DNA of 64,000 nucleotides. Origin: Mobula hypostoma. Lineage: Eukaryota. Positions within the stretch are counted from its first letter, which is position 1, and each line of letters opens with the position of its first letter. The stretch is taken from assembly GCF_963921235.1 (NCBI RefSeq), contig NC_086097.1, positions 225,806,001 to 225,870,000 of the forward strand, read 5' to 3'. Positions 49,583 through 60,721 of this stretch are shown here, piece by piece. The position numbers and the translations under genes are program-made. Below the pieces are notes generated by a model. That model was not told where the DNA came from and ran no database searches. It was given only the letters and a program-made list of their open reading frames with translations.

Positions 49583-51365
49583 AAAACTGTTGACAAAACT
49601 CCAACTGTGGCCTGGCTAGTTCTTATAAAGATTTAGCATTAATTCCTTGTCTTAATATTCTTTTCCACTTGAAATAAATGCCATCACTCATCCTGTGAAT
49701 TAACCTTCTTGGAGTCTTGCACAAGAATTCCTATGTCCCTTTGAACCTCTGATGTTTGAATTTTCTCTCCATTTTGATAATAGCCCACACTATTGTTTCT
49801 TTTACAAAAATGCATTATCATACATTTCCCAACACTGTATTCCATCTGCCACTTTTTTGCCCATTCTTCCAACTTGTCTAAGTCCTGCTGTAATCGCATT
49901 GCTTCCTCAGCACTACCTACCTCTCCACCTATCTTCATATCATCTGCAAACCTTGTCATAACGCTATCAATTCCACTATCTAAATAACTGACAAACAATG
50001 TGAAAAGTAGCGGTCCCAATACTGACCCCTGAGGAACACCACTGGTCACTGGCAGCCAACGAGAAAAGGCCCCTTTATTCCCATTGGCTGCCTCCTGCCT
50101 GTCAGCCATTTCTCTATCCATGCCAGTATACTTCCTGTAACACCATAGGATTTTATCTTGTGAAGCAGCCTCATGTGAAGCAGTTTATCAAATGCCTTCT
50201 GAAAATCTAAATAAATGACATCCATTGCCTCTCCTTTGTCCACCCTGCTCATTATATCTTTGAAGAATTCCAACAGATTTGTCAGGCAAGATTTCCCTTT
50301 ACAGAAACCATGCTGACTAACTTATTTTATCATTAGTCTCCAAGTACCCGGAAACCTCGTCCTTAATAATGGACTCCAACACTTTCCCAACCACTGAGGT
50401 TAGGCTAATTGGTCTATAATTTCCTCTCTTTGTCTTCCTCCCTTCATAAAGAGTGGAGTGACATTTGCAATTTTCCAATCCTCTCGGACCATGCCAGAAT
50501 CAAGTGATTCTTGAAAGATTGTGACCAATGCATCCATTATCTCTTCATCAATCTCTCTCAGGGCTCTGGGATGTAGTCCATCTGGTCCAGGTGACATCCA
50601 CCTTAAGACCTTTGAGTTTGCCTAGCACCTTTTCCTTTGTAATAGCAATGACACTCACTCCTGCTCCTTGACACTCTTGGATATCTGGCATACAGCTTGT
50701 GTCTTCCACAGAAAAGACTGATGCAAAGTACTCTTTAATTTCATTTACCATTTCTTTGTCTTCCATTACAACCTCACCAACTTCATTTTCCAGTGGTCCA
50801 ATATCAGTTCTCATCTCCCTTTTATTCTTTATATAACTGAAAAAACTTTCAGTATGCTGCTTTATATTATCAGCTAGTTTGCCTTCATATTTCATCTTTT
50901 CCATTCTTATAGCTTTTTTATTTGCCTTTTGTTGGATTTTAAAAACTTCCTGATCATCCAACTTCCCACTTTTGCTATCTTATATGCCCTCTCCTTGGCT
51001 TTTATGCAGTCCTTAACTTCCCCTGTCAACCACGGTTACCTAATGTTTCCATTTGGGAACTTCTTCTGTGGGACATATCTATCCTGCGCCTCGTGAACCA
51101 TTCCCAAAAAAATTCAGCCACCTCTGTTCTACCACTATCTCCACCAGTATTCCCCTCCAATCCAGCCAGGCAAGTTCCTCTCTCATGCTTCTGTAATTCC
51201 CTTTATTCCATTGCGAAACTGGTTCATGTGACATGCTTCTCCCTCTCAGGTTACAGTGTGAATTGAATCATATTATGTTCACGGCCTCCTAAGTGTTCCA
51301 TTTCATGAAGCTCCCTAATAGGATCTGGGTTAGTACACATCACCCATTCTAAGATAGCGTTTTGC
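49583..51365 (-). mobile_element. Decayed CR1 RT region
   Basis: GVPQGSVLGPLLF, RFADD, YLDFQKAFDK and SPGPDGLHPRAL. Confidence 0.9.
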
Positions 51366-51493
51366 CGAGCAATCAAAAAAGATCATCCCTCATTCATCAA
51401 AGAGTTAACTTTAAACATTCCGATTAGACAGCCTTCTCATCTCAGGAATTAGTCCAGTAAATCTCTTCTGCAGCACCTCGATTGCTAGTCCAA

Positions 51494-51597
51494 ATGAATG
51501 AACGAATGAATGAGCGAACAAACAAACAAACAAACAAATAAATAAATAAATAGATGGGTGGAGACAAACAAACAAACAAATAAACAAATAAAAACAA
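51494..51597. repeat. Compound tetranucleotide microsatellite (GAAT)n(AAAC)n(AAAT)n
   Basis: Directly visible in the sequence. Confidence 0.85.
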
Positions 51598-51639
51598 GTA
51601 CATTAGGTGAAGGATCCTTGAACGTGAGTTCAGTTCAGT

Positions 51640-53745
51640 GATGGACAAGTGAAGTTGAGTGAAGTTATCCCTTTCGGTTAAAGACCATGATGGCTGAGGA
51701 GGAATACCTGTTCCTGAACCTAGTAGCATAGTCCTGAGGCTCCCAGAACTTCTTCCTGATGGTAGCAGTGAGAAGTGAGCATGGCCTGGCTGATGGGAGA
51801 CCCAGATGAAGGATGTTGCTTTCCTGCATTAACCCTCCCTGTAGACTTGACTATACCCACTATTGTATGCAGGCTTTCGGTACAAAGGCATTGGTGCTTC
51901 TGTACCAGGCCATGATGCAACCAGTCAATATAGTCTTCACTGTGCATCTATAGAAATATGTCAACATTTGTCAGTATGCAAACTTCTAAGAAAGTAGAGG
52001 TGCTGTTGTGCTATCTTTAAAATGGTACTTCATAATGACCTGGGACAGTTCCTTTGAAATAATAACACCGAGGTTGCTGACCATCTGCACTTCTGATCCC
52101 CTGATGAGGCCTGGCTCAAGGACCTCCAGTTTCCTCCTCCTGAAGTCAACAATCACCTCCTTGGTCTTGCTGACACTGAGTGAGAGGTTGTTGTTGTAGC
52201 ATCACTCAGCCAGATTTTCAATCTCCCTCCTATATGCTGATTCATCACCGAATATGATTCCGCCAGTGACAGCGGGGTTGTCAGCAAACTTAAATATGAC
52301 ATTGGAGCTGTGCTTAGCCACAGTCATAAGTGTAAAGTGAGTAGAGCAGGAGACTAAGCATACAGTCTTGTGGTGTACCTGTGCTGATGGAGATCGTGGA
52401 AGTGACATTGTTGCCAATCTGAACCGACTGCAAGTGTGAAAATCGATGGTCCAGTTACACAAGGGGCTATTGAGGCCTAGATATTGGAACTTATTGATTA
52501 GTTTAAAGGGAATGATAGTACTGAATACTGAGCTGTAGTCGATAAAGAGCGTCCTGATGTTTGCATCTTTGCAGGATTAAGTGAAGAGCCAAAGAAGTGG
52601 GTTCTACTGTTGATCTGTTGTGACAGTAGGCAAATTGGAGCAGATCGAAATCACTTCTCAGGTAGGAGGTTAAAAGGTTACATCACCGACCTCTCGAAGC
52701 ACTTCATCACAGCGGACATAAGTGCAACTGGGCAATAGTCACTGAGGCAGGTCACTACGTTCTCCTTAGTTACCGATATAATGAAAGCACGTTGAAAGCA
52801 GGTGGGTACCTCAGACTGCCGATTAAAGATATCGGTGAACACTTCAGCCAAATGATCAGCGCAGATCTTTGTTATTCGGTCAGGTACCCCACTTGGGATG
52901 GGTACTTTCTGTGGGTTCACCCTCCTGAACAATGCACTCATGTAGCCTCAGAGACTGAAATCACATGGTCATCGAGGACTATGGGAGTTCGTAAAAGTGC
53001 CTTCATGTTTTGATGGTCAAAGCAAGCATAACAGGCATTGAGCTCATCTGGGAGCGAAGCTTTGCTTCCACCTTTGTCACTTAGTTTCACTCTGTCGAAG
53101 ATGACAGTATTCAAGCCGTGCCACAGCTGTCGTGCATCCTTCAGTGATTCAAGTTTGGTCAGGAATTGCTACTTTGCACGTGAGATGGCTTTTCAGCGTT
53201 TCTACTTGGACCTCTTGTATTGATGGTTTTGTATTTAACTTGGTCACTAAACCTGAATGCCACTGATCTGGCCCACAGAAGAATGTGGATCTCATGGTTC
53301 ATCCAGGGCTTCTGGCTAGGGAAAACTCTGGGTTTGATTTTGTGGGGACATATATATCTAAGATTTTTTTATTAAGTCTGTGACAACCATGGTGTATTCC
53401 TTCAGACCCTCTGATGAGTCCTTGAACACGGCACAGTCTACCAACTCAAAACAATCCCATAGCCAATCCTCACCTCTTTGTTGCCCTTATCTCTGGAGCC
53501 TTGCTCTTTAGCATCTGCCTGTTTGCAGGTAGGAGTAGGACAGCTAAGTGATCAGGTATCCCAAAATGTGGTCTAGGCATGGAATGGTAGCCATTCCTAA
53601 TCGTAACATTGGTCGAGTGTGTTGGGATCCCTCGTGCTGCAGGTGACACGTTGATGATAATTGGACAGAGATTTCTTCAAGCAAGCCTGACTGAAATCTC
53701 CAACTATGATTTGAGAAGTGTCAGGGTTGGCTGTTTCTTGTTTCA
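51640..53745 (-). mobile_element. Decayed Rex1/Babar-type LINE
   Basis: IIVGDF..TLDQCY (endonuclease), DYCPVALMSAVMKCFER and FKFADN. Confidence 0.85.
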
Positions 53746-54082
53746 GGACCACTTTATATCTTCTTATTATTTGCTGAACATACATACTAACCTTTTGTTT
53801 CATGCATGAGAAAACCCAGATCCCTCTATAATCTGTTCATTTGTAGTTTCTCTCCATTTACATAATAGTCTGTGTTGTCATTCACCTTACCAAAGTGCAT
53901 GACCTAATGTTTTCCGCATGAAGTTCCACTTGCCAAGTTTTCACCCACACACTCAACCAATCTGTATTCTAATACAGGGTTCTAATATTCTATTTGAATC
54001 CATTTTCATGTAATCAACTGAATACCTAAAAGTGATCCTTAGGCCACACTATCAGTTCATCTTTACAGCTTGAAAATGGCCC

Positions 54083-55655
54083 ATTTACTTTACTACTTTA
54101 TTGTCGCCAAACAATTGATACTAGAATGTACAATCATCGCAACGATATTTGATTCTGAGCTTCCCACTCCCTGGGTTACAAATACTAAATATTAAATATT
54201 AAAAATAGTAAAAATTGGTAAATATTAAAAATTTAAATTATAAATCATAAATAGAAAATAGAAAAATGGAAAGTAAGGTAGTGCAAAAAAAAAAATGAGA
54301 TCCGGATATTTGGAGGGTACAGCCCAGATGTGGGTCAGGATCCATTCAGCAGTCTTATCACAGTTGGAAAGAAGCTGTTCCCAAATCTGACTATACGATT
54401 CTTCAAGCTCCTGAGCCTTCTCCTGGAGGGAAGAGGGACGAAAAGTGTGTTGGCTGGGTGGGTTGTATCCTTGATTATCCTGGCAGCACTGCTCCAACAG
54501 CGTGCGGTGTAAAGTGAGTCCAAGGACGGAAGATTGGTTTGTGTGATGTGCTGCGCTGTGTTCACGATCTTCTGCAGCTTCTTTTGGTCTTAGACAGGAC
54601 AACTTCCATACCAGGTTGTGATGCACCCTAGAAGAATGCTTTCTACGGTGCATCTATAAAAATTAGTGAGGGTTTTAGGGGACAGGCCAAATTTCTTTAG
54701 TTTTCTCAGGAATTAAATGCACTGGTGGGCCTTCTTGGCAGTGAACTCTGCTTGGTTGGACCAAGTCAGGTCATTTGTGATATTTACCCCGAGGAACTTA
54801 AAGCTTTTGACCTGTTCCACTTGTGCACCACCAATGTAAATTAGGTCGTGCGGTCTGCTACTCCTTCTGAAGTCGCAACCAATTCCTTCGTCTTGCTGAT
54901 GTTAAGGGACAGGTTATTGTCTTCACACCATGCCACCAGGTTCTTAATTTCCTCTCTGTACTCAAACTCATCATTACCCGAGATACGGCCCACAATTGTT
55001 GTGTCATCAGCAAACTTATATATTGAGTTTGATGGAAACTTGGCCACACAATCTTGGGTGTACAGTGAGTACAGCAGGGGGCTGAGTACACAGCCTTGTG
55101 GGGCACCGGTGCTCAGAGTGATTGTGGAGGAGAGCTTGTCCCCTATTTTTACAGTCTGGGTCCTGTCTGTGAGCAAGTTGAAGATCCAGCTGCAGATCTG
55201 AGTGCTAAGACCCAGGTTCCGGAGCTTAGGAATCAGTTTATTTGGAATGATGGTATTAAAGGCAGAGCTGTAGTTAATGAAAAGGAGCCTTATGTATGCA
55301 TCTTTATTCTCCAAGTGTTCTAAGGAGGAATGTAGGGCCAGAGAGATGGCTTCTGCCGTTGACCTGTTGCTCCGGTAGGCGAATTGCAAAGCGTTGAGGT
55401 TGATCGGTAGGCTATGGTTGATGAATGCCATAACCAATTTTTCGAAGCACTTCATAGCAATTGATGTCAGAGCCACAGGTCGACAGTCATTCAGGCATGC
55501 CACCTTGATCTTCTTAAGGCACTGGGATTATCATTGCCTTCTTAAAACACACGGGGATCTTAGACTGAAGCTAGGAGCAGTTGAAGATGTCAGCAGACAC
55601 TCCAGCTAGCTCGCTTGCACAGGCCCAGAGAACCCGTCCTGGGATGCTATCTGTT
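54083..55655 (-). mobile_element. Relatively young Rex1/Babar-type LINE, 5'-truncated
   Basis: 220-aa [54 protein letters not shown]. It ends in AATAAA plus a GTAAA-type tail. Confidence 0.92.
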
Positions 55656-56519
55656 ATTCTTTAATTTGATTCCCAATCTTCAGTCCTCATTAACACACTA
55701 CTACAATACCATTGATTCATATCATGTGTGCCAATTTTTCATGTGCTCCTTCTAACATTTATTTGAGAATCCAAAAATATCACATCTACAAATTCTCTTC
55801 TATCATTTCTGCTTTTCACATTCTAAGGAACTCTAATAAACTCATCAAATATGATTTTTCTTTCATAAAACCATGTTGACTTTGCATTATGGTATCTCTG
55901 TAAATAGCAAGCTATTTCTCCAAACCATAAAGCAGAAAAGGGGGTGAAAAAGGTGGAGTTTTAAATCTTAAAGGCAGGAGCTGAGAAGGACCTTCGCCTT
56001 ACTGTCCTGATATTGACCTCTAGTTACATGACCTTCTCATCATGTGCTCTGGGAATTCTTATCTCTTGCAAAAATCAATACATTTCTCATCAGGTTAACT
56101 TTCTCCACTATGTCCCTCGTTGTGGCACTCTCTTTATAGTTGGCTATTCCTTGTTCTTTTTGCCCAGATCAGATCTGTGTGAATAGCTCCCAAGCATCAG
56201 TTCTACCAGAATATACTTGTCTGTTGAAAGGTTCAGGCTAGATTTATTAATACAAGTTATTAAAAGCATTGGGCTCCTCAATGGCACATATAGGCATTGC
56301 AACAAGAGGAAAGTCCATGCTGTATGTAAAAATTATTATAATAAGTAAACCACACAACAATAGACTGCTGCCTGCATTCTACAGAATCAAATAGGTTATA
56401 CATTAATATTCTCCCACATCTCTGTTATCAGAATCTAACTAATTTAACCCTGAGGTACCTAAACTAGGGAGCATAAAGCAGGAAATTTAAATAAGAAATA
56501 AACATCATTTCAAGAACTT

Positions 56520-58192
56520 CAAGAAGGCAGAAAGGTGAAGAAAGGAAACTACAGGCCAGTTAATCTGATCTCAGCAGTTGAGAAGATGTTGAGTTCATTA
56601 TTAAGATGAGATCTCTGGGTATTTGTTGGTACATGGTAAAATAAACCATAGTCAGCATGGTTTCTTCAAGGAAAAATCTTGCCTGACAAATCTGCTGGAA
56701 TTCTTTGAAGAAGTAACAAGCAGAATAGACAAAGGAGAATTGGTTGATGTTGTGTACTTGGATTTTCAGAAGGCCTTTGACACGGTTCCACACAAGAGGT
56801 TGCTTTATAAACTATAAGCCCATGGTATTAAAGTAAAGTTTCTAGCGTGGATAAAGCAGTGGCTGATTGGCAGGAAACAAAGAGTGGAACTTAGTGAGTC
56901 TTTTCTGGTTGGCTGCTGGTGCCTTGCCTTTGCCTTACAAGGCACGAAACGAAAGGCTGTGTGGTGCGCCACTCCTCACACAGACAGTAGGTGGCCGATG
57001 ACTCACAAAGAATTCATCCGCCCTTTGACAGGTTTTGTTTTTAGTCCTGCTGGGTGCCTGCACACCCTCCTCCCTGGTTAACTGAAGTGCACCAGGTGGT
57101 GTGTCGGTTGAGTCACCGACAACCCGACCCGAGACAGGTAGTACTGGGCTACGTGGCACCAGTGGCAAGGCAAGGCCCTGACCTGACACAGGCCTCCTAG
57201 GCCTGAGTCGACATAGTAGTAGTAGTAGTAGCAGCTGGTGACTAGTGACATTCAACAGGGGTCTGTGTTGGGCCCATTCTTTTTACATTACATGTCAATG
57301 ATTTGGATGATGGAATTGATGGCTTTGTGGGCAAATGTGTAGATAACATGAAGATATAGGGGGGCAGGTAGTTTTGTGGAAGTCGAGAGGCTACAGGAGT
57401 ACTTAGATAGATTAGGTGAATGGGCAAAGATACTGCAGATGGAATACAGTGTCGGGAAGTGTATGGTCATGCTGAAATGAAAGAGCTAACTGTTTTCTAA
57501 ATGGAGAAAAAATACAAAAAAAAGGTTCAAAGAGACCTGGGAAACCTTGTGCAGGATTCCCTAAAGACTTACTTGTAGATTGAATCTGTGATGAAGAAGT
57601 CAAATGAGATGTTAGCATTCATTTAAAGGGTACTAGAATATAAAAGCAAGAATGTAATGGTGAGATTTTGTAAAGCACTGGTGAGGTCTCACTTGAAATA
57701 TTATGAGAAATTTGGTCCCTTATCTTAGAAACAATATGCTGAAAGTGGAGTAGGTTCAAAGGAGGTTCACAAAAATGATTCCAGGATTGAATGGCTTGTC
57801 ATATGAAGAGTGTTTGATGGCTCTTGTCCAGTGTTCACTGGAATTCATTGAATCCTATTCAATGGTGAAAGACCTTGAAAGAGTGGATGTGAAGTGGATG
57901 TTTCCCTTGGTGGGATAGTCTAAGACCAAGAGGACACGGCCTTAGAGGAGAGGAGCTTCCTTTTAGAACACAGATGAGGCAATATTTCTTAACCAGAGAG
58001 CAGCAAAGCTAAGGAATTCATTGCCACAGGCAGCAGTGGAGACCAAGTCTATATATACACACATATATTTAAGCCAGAGGTTGATAGATTCTTGATTGGT
58101 CATGGCTTGAAGGGATATGGGGTGAAGGCAGGAAAATGGGAATATTGGATCAGCCATGATGAAATGCCAGATGTCCCAATTCTGATCCTATA
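56520..58192 (+). mobile_element. Decayed CR1 whose tail resumes at 60930-60944
   Basis: QHGFFKEKSCLTNLLEFFEEV..YLDFQKAFDTVPH. The tail TCTGATCCTA|TA|TCTTATGGTCTTAT is split by the Tc1. Confidence 0.88.
56922..57233 (+). mobile_element. Unclassified retroposon of about 310 bp with a (TAG)6 tail
   Basis: TSD GCTGGTG at 56915-56921 and 57234-57240. Removing the insert restores the CR1 sequence GGCTGCTGGTGACTAGTG. Confidence 0.75.
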
Positions 58193-58768
58193 CAGTCCCT
58201 ATAAAAAGTATTCACCCCTTTGTAAATGTTTATGTTTTATTGTTTTAGAATATTGAATCACATTGGATTTAATTTGGCTAATCAATAAAAAGACTTCTGC
58301 GTCAAAATGAATACTGATCTCTATAAATTGATCTAAATTAATTACAATTATAAAACACAAAATAATTGATTGCATATTGTTAGAGTAATTTTTGGGTTTG
58401 GGTCATTAACACTTTTTTAAATGGCTTCAGCCATCAGTCTTCTGGTCCTTGACAATGCATTTCCTGAAAGCTGTGAATACCAGTACCCGAGTCCATTTGT
58501 AACAATGCATTTCCTGAAAACTGTGAATACCAGCCCAGACTTGCTAGCGTCAGTCGGATGAATGTAATCCAGTGTTAAGTTTTGCATGTAGTTTCGAAGA
58601 CAACATTATCTATACCTTGTAAATATGGAATTGTCCTTTGTGTATGTAGCAAATAAATATCGAGCCCCATGTTGGGCAGCAGACCTTTCCACTGAAAGCG
58701 TCTCCGTCCATATGATCACAACACGCTGGAGGAACTCAGCAGGTTGGACAGCATCCGTGGAAACGATG

Positions 58769-58804
58769 AGGCGACGTTTCGGGCCGGAACCCTTCATCAG
58801 GACT
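58769..58804 (-). ncRNA. Minimal hammerhead motif, intact core
   Basis: Reverse complement AGTC-CTGATGA-A-GGGTTCCGGCCC-GAAA-CGTC-GCCT, with one helix I mismatch. Confidence 0.72.
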
Positions 58805-59310
58805 GTAGAGGGAAGGGGCAGAGGCCCTATAAAGAAGGTGGGGGGAGGGTGGAAAGGAGAAGGCTGGTGGGTTCCAGGTGAAAATCCAGTAAGGGGTAAG
58901 ATAAAGGGGTGGGGAAGGGGAAGCAAGGAGGGGATAGGCAGGGAAGGTGAAGAAGGAATAGGAGAAAACACAATAGGTAGATGGTATACCGTCTAGGTAG
59001 TCTCCAGCTCCTTGGTATGAACATAGAATTCTCCAACTTCCGGTAATTCCCTCCCCTTCCCTTCCTCTATCCCTATGTCACTCTGCCCCCTCCCTCAACT
59101 GCCTATCACCTCCCTCATGGTTCCGCCTCCTTCTACTACCCATTGTGTTTTCCCCTATTCCTTCTTCACCTTTCCTGCCTATCACCTCCCTGCCTCCCTT
59201 CCCCTACCCCTTTATCTTTCCCCTTACTGGTTTTTCACCTGGAACCTACCAGCCTTCTCCTTCCCACCCTCCCCCACCTTCTTTATAGGGCCTCTGCCCC
59301 TTCCCTCTGC

Positions 59311-59346
59311 AGTCCTGACGAAGGGTTCCAGCCCAAAACGTCGACT
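59311..59346 (+). ncRNA. Hammerhead motif with a GAAA>AAAA core mutation
   Basis: AGTC-CTGACGA-A-GGGTTCCAGCCC-AAAA-CGTC-GACT. Confidence 0.6.
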
Positions 59347-59729
59347 CATCATTTCCACGGATGCTGCCCAACCTGCTGAGTTCCTCCAGCGTGTTGTTTT
59401 GACCCCAGCATCTGCAGATTATTTCGTGCTTCTGTCCGTATGATGCCTGCTGAGCCTTGTTTTGTCGAATAAAGAAGCTGCTTTGTACCTACCAGTAACT
59501 CTCTCTCCTGTGATTTCATTCACATTACAACACATATGTATTCCCTCCTCCTTTAATATGATACACCAAATCATCTCTGGTGCAGCCAATTGGTTTCAGA
59601 AGTCACATAATTAGTTAAATGGAGATCACCTGTGTGCAGTCAAGGTGTTCCAATTGATTATAGTAAAATTACACCTGTACCTGGAAGGTCCAACTGTAGG
59701 TGAGTCAGTGTCCTGGCAAAAATGACACC

Positions 59730-60721
59730 ATGAAGATAAAAGAACACTCCAAGCAACTCCACAAAAAGGTTACAAAAATCACAAGTCAGGAGATGAATAC
59801 AAGAGAATTTCCAAGCCACTGAATATCCCTCGGAGTACAATTAGTCAATCGTCAAGAAATAGAAAGAATATGGTGCAGTTGTATATCTGCCTAGAGCAGG
59901 CTATGCTCAAAAACTGAATGACTGTGCAAGAAGGTGATTAGTGAGGGAGGCCAGCAAGAGACCTATGACAATGCTGAAGGAGTTACAAGCTTCAGTGGCT
60001 GAGATGAGAGACTGCACATACAACAACTGTTGCAAATGATCCAGTTGCAGTTTTATGGGAGAGTGGCAAAGAGAAAGCCACTGTTGAAAAAAATTCATAT
60101 GAAATCTCGCTAGAGTTTGCCAGAAGGTATGTGGGAGGCTTTGGAGTCAGCTGGAAGGAGGTTCTATGGTCTGATCAAACCAAAATTGAGCTTTTTGACC
60201 AGCAGACTAAACACTGTGTTTGGTGTAAGCCAAGATTGTACATCATCAAAAACAGACCATATCTACTGTGAAGCATGGAGGTGGCTGCATCATGCTGTAG
60301 GGATGCTACTCTGCAGTAGGACCTGGAAAACTTGTGAAGGTAGAGGGTAAAATGAATGCAGCAAAATACAGGGAAATCCTGGAGGAAAACTTGATGAAGT
60401 CTGCAAGAGAACTGTGATTTGGGAGAAGATTTGTTTTCCAGCGAGCGTAAAGCCAAAGATACACAGGAATGGCTTAAAAACAACAAAATTTAATGTCCTG
60501 AAGTAGTCCATACTTCATACTTCAATCCAGTTGAGAATTTGTGGCTGGACTTGAAAAGGGCTGTTCACTTAGGATCACCATGTACTCTGACAGAGCTTGA
60601 GCAGCTTTGTAAAGAAGAATAAGGAAAAATTGTAGTCTCCAGATGGGCAAAGCTGATAGAGACCTATCCACACAGACTCAAGGCTGTAATTGTTGGTAAA
60701 GTTACATGTACTAAACACTGA
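59730..60721 (+). pseudogene. Tc1 transposase pseudogene
   Basis: MKIKEHSKQLHKKV start, VLWSDQTKIELF, TVKHGGGCIML, NPVENLW and TKH* end. Multiple stops and frameshifts. Confidence 0.9.

Larger units (their letters stand above)
58717..59430 (+). mobile_element. Penelope-like element with inverted pLTR, inserted in the solo LTR
   Basis: YRLGSLQLLGMNIEFSNFR* at about 58985-59046. 58717-58980 is inverted relative to about 59135-59397. TSD TCCGTCCATATGAT / TCTGTCCGTATGAT. Confidence 0.88.
58378..59532 (+). mobile_element. Solo LTR inserted in the Tc1
   Basis: TGTT...AACA termini, 5-bp TSD CATAT (58373-58377 and 59533-59537), and AATAAA at about 59468. Confidence 0.85.

Noticed and set aside
53411..53440. 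CTGATGAGTCC as a hammerhead start
   Set aside because: It is antisense LINE coding sequence with no helix II partner or GAAA.
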